From the human T2T-CHM13v2.0 reference genome, Homo sapiens: a DNA stretch of 64,000 bases. The stretch lies in the NCBI RefSeq assembly GCF_009914755.1, contig NC_060932.1, one strand, 5' to 3'. Below, piece after piece: positions 47,595 through 61,580 of this stretch. Each line of letters opens with the position of its first letter. Position 1 is the stretch's first letter. Position numbers and translations under genes: made by a program. The notes beneath the pieces were generated by a model that saw only the letters and a list, made by a program, of their open reading frames with translations, had not been told where the DNA came from and ran no database searches.

Positions 47595-48150
47595 GTTCAC
47601 TCATTCATTCATTCATTCATTCATTCAGCAAACATTTACTGAGTGCATATTATATGAGAGGATTTGTTCTACCAGTGGGAGTTCAACAGTGAACTACGTA
47701 ATATATTGATAAGTACTATAAAGAAAGAAACATCAAAATAAGAGACTGTCATTGTAGAAGTAGGTGGTAAGGGTGGGCTAATGATATGCTAAGGTGACAT
47801 TTGAGTTGCAGCCAGAATAAAGTAGGGACACCCAGTGATTACCAGGGAGAAGAATGTCCCAGGAGGAGGGAGTAGCATGTGCTGCTGAAGATCAGCCAGG
47901 AGGCCAGGGTGGGTAGAGGTGAGTGGCTGTGGAGGAGACCAGGTCACAAGGTGGTGAGCCGGGTTGGAACAGGGGCTGAATGTCGTGTAGGTTGCAGGTC
48001 ATGGGAAATGCTTCAGATTTTATTCTGAGTTAGAAAACCACAAAAGGGCTTTGAGCAAAGAGTTTAATCTGATTTTAGTTTTATAAAGATCTCTCTGGCT
48101 GCCTTGTGCACAGTAGACACTGGGAAGCAGAATAGAGGCAGGGACATCAA
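47595..48150 (-). mobile_element. L2 3' end with (TTCA)n tail
   Basis: (ttca)n gcaaacatttactgagtgc...ggtgacatttgag...aaagatctctctggctgc. Confidence 0.75.
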
Positions 48151-51134
48151 TTCAGAGCCTGGTTTATTAGTCCTTGCCTTCTTCTCTCACGGTGGGAGGA
48201 TGGAAAGAAAGCCTGAGTATCAACCATGACCCCTCCTTCCTCTTGACCTATCAATGGTCAAAGGTCCCTAGAATGTCTCACTGATATTTTTGTGAGATAG
48301 GAAGCAATCTGTTCATTTCTCTGATACCTTCCTTCTGTTCCTCTCTACTATTCCTTCTCACACTATTTCTTCTCTGTCCTTCTCTTTTTCCCACCTCTCA
48401 TTACCTGAAGTCAAGCATCTCTGCAGAGCCTCCTAAGAGGCCATAAAATCTTTGTTGGATCTCGCTAACCTGGCCTCTATCACAGCTGGGGAGAGCATCC
48501 TGCCCAGGTCTAGACCTTTCTGTGACTTCCTATGGCCTTCTGTTAGAGGAAAAGACTGGCTTGCAAAACTCTCAAACGTGTAACCCTACCATCTCCCAAG
48601 CCTCAACGGACACCACCTCACCCCTTGGCCTCTTGTTCCAGCCCTGCGGTTCCTTTCTCTTCCTTGCTACTTCTTGTCTCCAAGTCTCTGCATGTTGCTC
48701 TCCCTTTCTGATTGCCCTTCCCTCAGGTCTGCATGTGGAGATTCCTTCAGACTCAGCTTAGACTCTCTCTCCTTTAAGAAGGCATCCTTGACAGCCACCA
48801 CCTAGGAAATATGTCGGAGGCTCCTCTTTGTTCCCGCAGACCCCCGGCATTGCCTGGTTTGTTCTTGCCGATTTCCATGCCTGATCCCCCAACTACATAT
48901 TAAGCTCTTGAAAGGCAAGGACCTTGTGTTGTCTACAGTTGATTCTCAGAGTCTGGCATGATGAGTGACGCAGGGCAGGCTACTTATGCAAATGCCCTGT
49001 ACCAGGCACATCACAGCACCACTCCATCCACACCGGAGGTGGAGGGAGGGCCACAGATCCCAGGCTCACAGTGCCACTTTCCTTTGTGATGCTAAAATCT
49101 CCCTCACGAGTCACTCCTGAGATGGGTGTGCAGCCACCTAGAAATTATTCATGTTTGAGCAGAAACATTTGACGTTTCTGAGCACCCAGTGTCTGGATAG
49201 CTCAGCAGATATTAGCGATGTCCGTGAATCTCTGCCAGCTCTCTCAGGTAAGATCAGACTTGAATCTGAATCTAAATCTTTAGGTCATTCTGCTCCCTCC
49301 TGGTGTCTCCCATGTGTAACCAAAGGAGGTTCTTGGTGGTTGGGACCATGACCATCTTCTTAGTTCTTCTTCTCTTGTAGAACTGTAGGTGAAATACAGG
49401 GAGGAGACTCATTTGGGGCATTTCAAAAAATTCTGGAACCCTCTATTATTGGCAATTACATCTATCATTTGCAAATTACAGATATTACGTATTGAGTGCC
49501 TGGCATGGCATTTTTCTTTCTGTGCATTTGCCTATCTATCTTGAAAGGTGGCTATCATTACAATGCTATGCAGATAAGGCAGATGGCTGGGGGAGCAAAA
49601 TGATTTACTGAAGGTCACACAGAGCTAGTAAGTGAAGGAGCCAGCATTTGAAGCCCATGTGATGCTGTGAAATTAGACAAGGATTTTGCTCATTTTCTAG
49701 GACGAAAATTAAGGAAAAGAACAAATTTACTTAGAGTATTAATATTTTACAGTTAATGAACTACTTTTATGGCACAGCTATTAATTCGCTCCAAAACTCG
49801 ACATCCCTGTGAGATGGGTATTCACATCCACACTTTATGAATGAGGAAACTGAGGCACAAGACAATCAAGTGCACTAGTTCCAGGTACCCTGAAAACTGA
49901 GATTAAATCTAGGCTATCTTAATCCAATGCTTGTGCTTTTTTACTATACTGGAGCTGAAATCAAGGAAAGAAATTGAAGCGAGAAAAAGATATTTCAAGT
50001 TTAAAATATTCCATCAGATGTTTTCAGCAAATGTTACATGAAGGCCATTCAACACCAGATTTCAGTTATCCTAAAGTGCCCACTTGAAAAAAAATGAGCA
50101 TTTTAAAGCAAAATATGTGCTTCTGTTCTCCTTCACTTTGCCTCAGTGGGTTGACCCTAAATAATGCACAACAAGCCATGGAGCATCCTCCAGGCTTGCC
50201 ACACAGACCGAGATGGCAAAAGCAGCCAGGAATGGCCTTTCTGCAGCCTACGTCTGCACAGGTGGTCATGTTAGAAGTAAGGCTCATTCACTCATTCAAC
50301 AACCATTCATCATGGCCATGGCTGCACCAGGTGCTGCAGCCACAACCAAAGTCAGATAGGGAGAGGCACCTATCATTGGGAAGCATCAAATCAACAGAAA
50401 GGACAGGTATGTGTGCAAGCGATGACACAGCACAGTCCATCACAAAGGAGGTCCAGAGTGTTGTGGGAGCACATGAGAGAATATGGGAAAGCTTCCTATA
50501 GGAAGGGGCATTTGAGTTGGGTTGTTAAAGGAAGAAAGAAGTGAGAAATTGTTATTCTAGGCAGGGACACCACCATGAGCAAAATCAGGGGCATAAAAGA
50601 GCAGAGAATAGTATAAGACAGTCTTGGTTCCTTCCAGAAATTATAATTCCTTCAGCAATAAAATCAACCTGTCAGCATTCAGTCTATTTCAGTCAAATTG
50701 AGCAAATATTTGGTAAACACCTGACATTACAGAGCAGAGTTGGATGAAAGTAATCCTGCCCACGAGAAACCCACAACCCGAGGTGAACAGTTAAATGAGT
50801 CCCTACTCTGTCTAAATCTCTGTTTATACTGTAAAAAAAAAAAAAAAACTTAATCCACCCATTGTGAGCAGGCCTCACTGTTTCAAACTAGACGAGTGCT
50901 GCATTTGATGGCAAAGCACTTGACCTTCAGCACTTGTAGGCAAGGTGGATGGCATGCAGCATTTTCCCCTGAGAAGCCCTCTTTATGTTGCCCTGAGTGA
51001 ATCTTGGACCAGACTACAGTGTTTCCACTGTGAGTCACTGACTAATATTTCCACTCTCTTTTCGTAGTTGATGGATGTTTAATGATTTGCCAATCTGAGG
51101 AAGAGAGATTCTTTAGAAAACAATAATCCCTTTT

Positions 51135-51375
51135 ACTTGCACAAGACATCAGGTTTTAAAAAGCCCTTCCCAAACATCCTCTCCACATCCCATTGGATTG
51201 TGATTGAGCCTGGTAAACTGCAAGACTTGTTAGTTAGTATCCCCATTCTCCAGATGAGAGAAAGAAGCCTCAGTGAGGTGGAACAACTCAAGGTCACACA
51301 GCAGGTGCATGAGGAAATCAGAGTTCAAATCCATGTTTTCTGACCCTCCAATCTGGTCCACTTTCCTCTACACCT
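51135..51375 (-). mobile_element. MIR SINE
   Basis: atccccattctccagatgagag...cctcagtgagg...aaggtcacacagc. Confidence 0.7.
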
Positions 51376-52666
51376 AACCATCTGTCTAAGCTCTGATAAC
51401 ATCATCCATATTATGACATAAATCTCCAGATGAGAGGTTGGCCAAATCACATCCCCTTGGGTAACATAACCACACCATAAATTAAAAGCCCAATTAAAGA
51501 ACATAGCCTTTTAACTGGGACTTAGACTGTCCCCCGAGGCCACGATATAAAGGAAGAGCCCTTTCAAAGTCAATGGCTGCCTATCCTGGATATTATTCAG
51601 AGGCCTACTTACCTACATGCACGAACTTTCAGACCCTAATTATTCACATGCTATCTTCCTTCTTCCGGGGCCCTGGTCCCAGCTGATCTGAGTTTGTAAT
51701 CACTCCCCAAGCTCTGGCCCTCTCTCCAGCCTGCAGATGTAGTTAACAGTCCATCACACTGTATGGACAGCCCAGGTGCCTCTCGGCTTTGACACATCAC
51801 TTAACATCAAGAGCATCATAACCTGATGGAAAACAATGCCCCCTGGTTCAAATGGACAACTGAAGCGGTGTCTCCAGCTGTCTGAAAGCGAGATAGTTTG
51901 CCAGTGGCCAAGGAGCAAGGATTGTCACTATGAGCGATGTGATTCTTGTTTTGCTGGCAAAGTGGGGTGGGGAGCTAGAAATGAGGTGGGGAGAAGGGGA
52001 GGGCATAGTCTTGACTGCTAGCTCAAAATTTTATTTCTATTCCCATCCTATCCCTAATAGTCAACGGCAATAACATGATACTCCTGTGTCCCAAAATAAT
52101 AACAGTTACTACTTGCCTCGTCTAAACATCCCCTCCAGTGACTGGGCTTGAAGCTGGCTCTACAGATCAAGAGCTGGTCCCTTTCCATGTCACAGCTGAG
52201 CTGCAGTGTCCCCGCACACCCCTGTCCCCAGCCAAGCCACAGGAAGAACGGGTCTGTGCATTCGCCTGGATCACAGGGAATCGCTGCCACTGTCCCCTCC
52301 ACCCCAGTGCGGTCTTCTCCTGAGCCTGGCCCCCGGGTTCCCTGGCTCCAAGGACCCCAATGGCCAAGGTCTGCATGCGCCCCCTCAGCCTCCATCTGGG
52401 ACTCCTGGGGGGAACCCCTCATTAACCCAGCCTCTCCGCTCCTTTCACAGCCCTGGCCCTTCTTATCCCCTCAAGACCTGTCCAGATGTGCAGCAAACCT
52501 GGAGGGCAGAGAGACTGGGGAAAATCGAGGGAGATAAACCACATTTTGCGGCGGAATCGCTGTTCCGTGACAGAAAGCCATCCAACTGGCAACCACGCTT
52601 GCAGAAGCGTCACTACCACCGACGAGAGAGTTTTGCAGCTGCCGACCCCGAAGCGCTCTCACCTAC

Positions 52667-52920
52667 CTGTCTCCACTGCAGGGCTCCCCTCTCTCTCCCC
52701 CGGGGGCCGCGCTCCTGGGTCCCTCTCTCTCCTCTTTCGCCGTCTCTGGCCGCCAACAGTTGCGGCGGCGGCGGCGGCGGGCGGACTGGGGAGTCCGCAG
52801 CACCTGCGAGCTGGTGTTGGGTCCCCGCGGCGAGGCTGCCTGGAGGAGGAGCGAGCGGATGCTGCCCTCGCCCGCCGCCGCCGGTGCTGATGCGGTTGCT
52901 ATGGTTATGGAACCCCGCAA
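52667..52920 (-). other. Candidate alternative non-coding first exon (TSS approximate)
   Basis: Donor CAG|GTAGGT at the island edge; contains a (CGC)6 tract. Confidence 0.55.
52895..52908. promoter_or_regulatory. RFX X-box-like motif
   Basis: GTTGCTATGGTTAT; reverse ATAACCATAGCAAC is one mismatch from GTNRCCNNRGYAAC; an AT-rich patch within the island. Confidence 0.6.
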
Positions 52921-53101
52921 CTGCCCCCCTCTCCGTGCAACAGCTGCCCGGCCGCGGCCTCCGGGCAGCCCCAGCGAGCAGGCGCCAGGACGCGAGGCTG
53001 TCAGCGCGGTCGGGGGAACGCAGCCGCCAGCGCCGCAAGAAAGCAAGGACCGACCGGCTGCGCCCGCGCCGCTGGGCTGGCGCCTCCCGGGCTGCGCTCA
53101 C

Positions 53102-53290
53102 CTCTGGCGCCCTCACTCCTCTCCTTCCTCCGCCGGGACGCGGCCAGACCCTCCGCGCCGCGCCGCGCGCCCTCGCGGCCGGGAGAGCCCGCCCTGCTGC
53201 TCCCGCTGGCTCCGCTCCGCAGCCGCTGCGCACCGCGTGGGTAGACGCTGCGCGACTGGCTGGCGGCGCGGCTCACGCGCTCCCACCTCG
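53102..53290 (-). other. Candidate upstream non-coding first exon (TSS approximate)
   Basis: Donor GAG|GTGAGC on the minus strand; purine-rich UTR-like sequence. Confidence 0.5.
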
Positions 53291-53925
53291 GTCCCTCTCC
53301 GCCGCGAGGCCCTGATGGGAGCCCGGGGCGGGCCGCCCGGCGGCCAAACCCCGCCCGCTCGGCCGCCCGGGTGCCCAGGGCGCAGGCTGCGGCCCCGCGT
53401 GCGGCCCTCCCAGACTGACCGGCGCGAGCATGCTCAGTCCCCGCGGCGGGGCTCCCCTCTCGAGCCAAGACCCCAGGCCTCGGGCAGGAAAAGGGTCCCT
53501 GCAGATATCCGGGGGCGGGGCGCGGCGGAGAACTGGCTGGGAGGGGACTGTTGAACTTGGAAGAGAAGCCCAGGCAACAAGTAGATGCCTGAGAAAGGGT
53601 AAAAGCGCTGAGCAACCCATACCTCCAATGCGAAGTCAGCAGTGGCCTTCAACCAGCCAGCCGGCCCGTCATCCGATGGGCTCCTCACTTCATGCTGAAC
53701 GTGGGGGTTCACAGACGTGTGAGATTCTGTCCACGGAGGAGGGAGAGGAAGATTGGGGAGGGTTAAGCCAGCTCCCGTCTACTGAGCATTCTTAAGGGGC
53801 ATTGGGAACTCTAATTATCACCACCACTGTGCTGGCAAGTTCTCGTGGCATGCCTGTGACAGATGACAAAACAGCCTTAGAGAAGGAGCCAAGACTGGGA
53901 CTCGGAAGCCCAGTGACCCGTCCAC

Positions 53926-54059
53926 TAGACTCGGCTGCACTAACTCCACCCAGGAGGAGGCAGGGAATGGAACCAGGCATTAGAGGATGACTATGTCCCC
54001 CATTAGACTGGGCTGCACTAACTCACACCCCAGGAGGAAGCAGGGAATGGAACCAGGCA
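53926..54059 (+). repeat. Near-tandem ~55-bp duplication
   Basis: tagact.ggctgcactaactc...cagggaatggaaccaggca at 53926-53979 and 54004-54059. Confidence 0.9.
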
Positions 54060-55140
54060 ATTGCAGTTGGCAGGAGGAGTCTCTAACCCTGTCAGGCTGG
54101 GGGCAGGGGCAAGTAATTGGGGAAAGATACCTGAAAAAAAGGTATAAGAACAAATGAGTGGGGCGGTGAAGGGTAGAGAAGACTGCTCTTTCCAGGACAA
54201 GAGGAGCAGGGTACAGAGGCCTGGAGGCAGGACAGAACAGCAGGAACCTAGCAGCAGCAGGCAAGGAGAGGTGAGGCAGGCGAGTGGTGAGGTTTACAGG
54301 GCAGGCACTGCACACCAAAGGCCTTGCGATCCAAGTGAAGGGGTTGGAATTTGACAATGTGACCCTTAGGATGGGAAGGGAATGGGGAAGGTGGTGGGGA
54401 GGAGGGCAGTGAAGCAGTTTAAGCAGGAGAAAGGCTGGGTGGGAATGAAGGGAAGATCACCTTAGTTGAAGTGTGTGTGGTGCTGGCTAGGGTGGGGATT
54501 AAGGCTGCAGAAAGAGGTGTCCTAAGGAGGCTGTTGACATAGTGGGCCTGGGCAGATGGAGGCTCTGAGCTATCTACCCTGCTTGTCCTCCCCACAGCAC
54601 CCAGCAAGCCCAGGGCAATGCATACCCTCAGTAAATGTTTGGTGAATGGCAAATAAATATGAATTTCTCAATAGAGAAAATGGGTGCTTTTCTTTTACAA
54701 TATTTGTCTCTTAAATGTGTTCATAACCATATGGCATTTATTTTGCTATTGACATTGCATTTTTATGCAACCTTATTTTTGAAAGTCAGTGCAAGCACTC
54801 ATTATTTTCCTCTGCATTTTCTAGTCCCCAGCAGTAGAGATATGCCAGGAGCATAGGATTTACTTGTATTGGATGTATTGTCTGGATAAAACAGCTCCAT
54901 GATTTATTAAGTGAAAAAGCAAAGTGCAGAATAGATAAAATAAGATAATATTAAAATAAGACAACTGTTGTGAAACAAGGAGACAGATACACATATTTGT
55001 ATTGCTTGCATTGGCATAAAAATACGCTAGAAGGCTATGTAAGAAACTTGGAGAAGTAGCTATTAGCTATGAGGGTGAAGATGGGTGGAAGAACTAGGTT
55101 GACGAGGTTAGAGTGAGAGTGAGAATTTTGACATACACTA

Positions 55141-55500
55141 TTTTTTTGTTTCTTGAGACAGGGTCTTACTTTGTTACCCAGGCTAGAGTGCAGTGGCACA
55201 ATCTTAACTCACTGCAGCCTTTAACTCCTGGGCACAAGCAATCTTCCCACCTCAGCCCCTCCAAGTAGGTAGGACTACCATGCCTGGGTAATGTTTTTAT
55301 TTTTTATAGACCTACCACCATGCCTGGGTAAAGTTTTTTATCTTTTGTAGACCTACCACCATGCCTGGGTAAGGTTTTTATTTTTTGTAGAGATGGGGTC
55401 TGGCTATGTTGCCCAGGCTAGTCTCAAACTCCTGGGCTCAAATGATCCTCCTGCCTCAGCCTTGCTGGGATTATAGGTGGGAGCCACTGCACTTGACCTC
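55141..55500 (-). mobile_element. AluJ with internal triplication, inside an L1ME remnant
   Basis: gagacagggtcttact...ctcactgcagcctttaactcctgggc (AluJ pattern). Confidence 0.9.
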
Positions 55501-55549
55501 AACATACACTTTTATAAAACATTTTGATGTTTAAGCCAAAAAGAAATTG

Positions 55550-55660
55550 CACATATATGTAAGTGTGTATGTGCATATATATAAACACACACATACGTAT
55601 GTGTGTATATGTGTGTGTATGTGTGTGTGTATATATACATATACACATAATCTGTATATA
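55550..55660 (+). repeat. (TA/TG/CA)n low-complexity tract
   Basis: Direct observation. Confidence 0.85.
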
Positions 55661-57655
55661 TAATCCATGACTAGAATCTCAGTGAATCTTGAAATAACCT
55701 CAAAGGCAACATGCAACGTGTGCCAGTGAGACCCTATGTCCCCAGAGATGCCCCCAATCCTTGTTCCCCATGTGGTAAAATAGTATTATGAATTATGACT
55801 GCAAAGTCTTCTTCAAACTGTGCTCATGGACTGCCCGGCATGACATTAATCAATCAGCTGCAGTGATGCACTGTTGGCCCCGAGATCCCCTTACCCATTG
55901 TCCTCTTAATGAATGGGCCTTGTGCAAGGTAAGGCCCTGAACAGCTGGGGCCTGGGGGAGGTCTGGAAGGGAAAGCCTCTGCCACTGCCCAGGTTGGGCC
56001 TTGGTGGAACTGACTCAAAAGCAGCAATAGCCCTCCACTGTTATCTCCCACCAAGAAAATGTCCCACTGCCCATCAAATCACAGAAGCCAGAAACCTACC
56101 ATCATCCTAGGCTTCCTAACCTCTCCCTCTCTCCCGTTCTCTCGACTCTTCTCATCTCCCTCAACCGAATTAATTGCCAACGTCTGCCAATTCCACCATG
56201 TAAATAGCTCTCAGAGTCATCTATGACAGGGGATCCCTGAGAGATTTTTAAAAATCTTCTTCAAAAAGGGGTCATGAGTGATGACGTGTCTTTCAAGAGA
56301 AATGGTGTTTTGGCATGAGCAGTTACAGATAGGACAGATGGACACTGGTTCTGAGATGGATACAAGCCAAATCCAGGCCCTGGTTCTGCTGCAGGTGGAA
56401 GGTGAGCCCACTTGAAAGAATTGAGTGCTGAGAGGTACAGTCTGGGGAGCTCCCCTGAGATGCTTTGGCTGAGTGGGTTTCAAGGATGTGGTGTGAGGTT
56501 GTCCTCCGTCATAGGGACCACAGGGGCTTGAGCCCCTTCAGGGTGAGCAAGGGATCACAGCCAAGTGGGCCAGCATTTCTTCCTGCAGAAGGCAGGTTTT
56601 CAATGGTGACATCCTGTGGCAGCAAGAAGCAACTGTCCTAAAATGCTAATCGGACTCCACAGCTCTACATATCGGAGAGAAAGTCCGAGCAGCTTCCCTG
56701 GGGACTGGACTGTGTGCAAACCCCGGCAGATTGAGGACAATTCAGGAAGAACAGACGCCAAGAGGGAGCAACTTCACTTCCCGCTAATAGAAGGACACAG
56801 AGGAAACAATTTGCCAGGCCTGGAACCCTGGCTTCGCTGCTGTCTTCCTGTTGTCCTTAAAGATGCAGTGTGACCTAATTGCATCTCGGTTCCCATTTCT
56901 CTAAAACAAGGATAATAATAAAATGGACCTCAGAGCTTTTTTGTGAAGATTAAATGAATGAACACATGTGGATGCAAATGGATTGAAACTTAGAACCCTG
57001 CCTCAGACCAAGGAAGGGCTATATAGGCGTGAGCTGTTATTATGATCTTTTTCAATACTGAGATTAGTTGAAGAAATAGAAGAGGTGTCTGGGTGCCATG
57101 TTTATTAGTTATACTTTCTTATCTAGCCACACCTTGACCCAGGACCATCCTGCTTCTTATCTGAAATAATTTCTTATCTGATCTCTCCAAATCTTGTGTT
57201 GTCCCCTTTCATACTCTTCTGTATACCTCCTGTGGACCTTTTACAAATGCAACTTTGATCCCATCCTCTTCCTCTTAAGATCCTTCAGGAGTGACTCTGG
57301 ACTTCCAGAATAAGTTCCATGCCCCAGAGTCTGGCCTTCATGGGTAGCTAAGGTCTGACTCCTGCTCTATTTGGTCCAGCAACACGCAAGTGTTTGTACT
57401 TCACAGAAAGCCTCACGATGTCTAGAACATCCATGAATTCTTACTCATCCTTCAAACCTCTGTCTCCTTATTACTTCCTTCCTGAAAGCTTCTCAGACCT
57501 ACCTTAGAGTTAATCCCTTCTTCCATGGAGCTGCCTCTGAACCTCACACGTAGTCAGAGCCTGTAATATAATTATTTAATATAAAAATAGATTTCCCACA
57601 CTAGACAGAGAAGTTTTTGAATTAAGTTATTTTAAAAGGGGCCTGTGTCTTTTTA

Positions 57656-58443
<788 letters not shown>

Positions 58444-59038
58444 TCATGTATTTGACTTGTGGCAGCCAACCAAAAATCAAAAGTTTGTTTTAAACATCAA
58501 TGTAGTTATGACAGCCATTCGATTATTGCGTTTAATTTTATTAACTGATGAAATGAGGGATTGGTTCACCTAAGAACCAGCTTGATTGGCACAGGAGGGT
58601 GAGAAGGGAAATTAAGAGAAGGCTGACTTCGTTATGCTTCGGGGCAGGTCTTCAATGAAAATACTTCGTCAGCAGTTCAGCCCAGAGGTATCCCCATGTT
58701 TATCACTTCTTTCCATCAGTGCTTTATTTGGGGGCACATATAACAGTGACTACAGCCAAACTCTCAGGCAGCAGTGTTCTTACCAGGAACCAGACACTAT
58801 TCTAAACAGTTTGTGTGGAACTCATTTCATCTTTCATAGGGTCAACAAGCCTGTTATGAGGAAACACAGGTGAAGGTGTGGAACTTGACAAAATTTACCA
58901 AGCCAGGATTTGAACAGCCAGTCCCTGTTTACTCCCACTAAGCATCACCACCTACATCCTCTGTTCGAGCTTGGCTTCCATTTCCTGTGTGGTTTACATT
59001 TATAAGTTATACAGGTGTCTTACTATCATTATCTAACA

Positions 59039-59240
59039 CAGTGTTTCTCAACCTCAGCATTACTGACAGTTGAGACCCAGTGATTCTCTTCCAGAGGGGG
59101 CTTCCCCATGCATTGCAGGATGTTGAAAAACTCCCTGACCTCTGCCCAACAGTAGCACCTTCCCTCACCCTAAATTGCAATGAACAAAATGGTATCTAGA
59201 CATTGGCAATGTCTCTGGGGAGCAAAATTGAGAACCACTA
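59039..59240 (+). mobile_element. MER20 (hAT-Charlie)
   Basis: TIRs cagtgtttctcaac ... ttgagaaccacta; tgcattgcaggatgtt, ctagacattggcaatgtc. Confidence 0.85.
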
Positions 59241-59341
59241 ATCTGAAAAATAGATTAAGGGCATTATCATTTACTGTAAAAGATAATGAATATAAAACCA
59301 ACTTAAATAAATTTACTGATATTTTCAAATAGGCCAGTATC

Positions 59342-60415
<1,074 letters not shown>

Positions 60416-60430
60416 TGCATTCTTTTTAAA

Positions 60431-60432
<2 letters not shown>

Positions 60433-60474
<42 letters not shown>
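60433..60474 (+). repeat. (TG)~21 microsatellite
   Basis: Direct observation. Confidence 0.95.
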
Positions 60475-60478
<4 letters not shown>

Positions 60479-60558
60479 ATTTCATTTGTTTGCAGGGGTC
60501 TTTTTAAAACATTTGTCCACTTTGCAGGGATTAGCTTAATTACAGCATTTTTATGATA

Positions 60559-61003
60559 TTTAATTTAATTAATTAGGCATGACTAACTCCATATCCCCAT
60601 TGCACTGAAGGAGGTAAACCACTGCCAAGTTCTGCTCATGTGTGATTCTCAAAAGTAGGCATCCCTCAAGAGTGGGCAAGGCAGGTGCCCGCCAAAATGC
60701 AGACAGAGTTATGGTGCTGCTGTCAATGTTTATGTTAAACATCCGTGAAACTAAATCATTTTCCTTTTTAAGACAAAGTTCAATATAAATGAACATCTTA
60801 ACATATTCTGGCTGTGCACAAGATTTCCCATATTTCAGACAGCAGCACCATAACTCTGTCTGCATTTTGGTGGGCACCTGCCTTGCCCACTCTTGAGGGA
60901 TGCCTACTTTTGAGAATCACACATGAGCAGAACTTGGCAGTGGTTTACCTCCTTCAGTGCAATGGGGATATGGAGTTGCTCATGCCTAATTAATTAAATT
61001 AAA
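60559..61003. repeat. Long inverted repeat: 166-bp arms (60559-60724, 60838-61003), 113-bp spacer
   Basis: Arms are reverse complements with 3 mismatches and no gaps by hand alignment. Confidence 0.97.
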
Positions 61004-61149
61004 GAAAGCACATGGGCAGTAGAATCAAAGGGACCCAGTGGGACCCCAACTTTAGCCTCTCTACCTGTTTGACCTTGTGCATGATATAAAATCTCCCTGA
61101 ACTTCAGCTTCCTCCTCTGCTGCTTTACATGAGAATTAATCGTTATATG

Positions 61150-61580
61150 AAAAAGGTCTAACCTCTGGCATGTTCTCAGTAATGGCAGATACTCTAATTC
61201 AGCTGAACAACCACCTGCATTTGCCAGCCCTCCTTGCAGCCAGATGGGAACTGCATGACTCCCCAATAGTCAGTGGTCAAATGAGCAGACATGTTTGTGT
61301 GAGGAAATAGTGGGCATGAGACACACACACACACACACACCCTCTCTTCTATCTCTGCAAATGAGAACGAAAAAAGAAATATACAACAACAGCAACAAAA
61401 TAAAACAGCAAATTTCAAAATAGAGATAGGTCGGGCCCCTGAAGTTACCTCTGAGGCTCCTAGTGACAATCGCCTGACCCACATCGGGGCAAGAAGTTAA
61501 CTCTCATTTCAATTTCACATCCCTGAGATGTCAGGGCTTATCTGCTTATGTAGCATACACTTGCCAATTCTGAGTAATCT
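61150..61580 (+). mobile_element. MLT1-like LTR remnant containing (CA)n
   Basis: ctgcatttgccagccctccttgcagccagatg...ccctgagatgtcagggctt. Confidence 0.55.

Larger units (their letters stand above)
52545..53530 (-). promoter_or_regulatory. CpG-island promoter of a minus-strand gene with non-coding first exon(s)
   Basis: Very GC- and CpG-rich ~1 kb against a CpG-depleted background; GC box gggggcgggg at 53511-53520; minus-strand donors at 53102/53101 and 52667/52666. Resembles my recollection of the distal DAB1 promoter, unverified. Confidence 0.9.

Noticed and set aside
52206-53620. Long overlapping ORFs (369, 264, 206, 204 aa) on both strands
   Set aside because: Ala/Arg/Pro/Gly-rich translations with no recognisable domain; expected from stop-codon scarcity in a CpG island.
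60559-61003. piggyBac-type MITE because of TTAA-rich ends
   Set aside because: No CCC...GGG termini and no match to MER75/MER85 as I recall them; kept as an unexplained inverted repeat.
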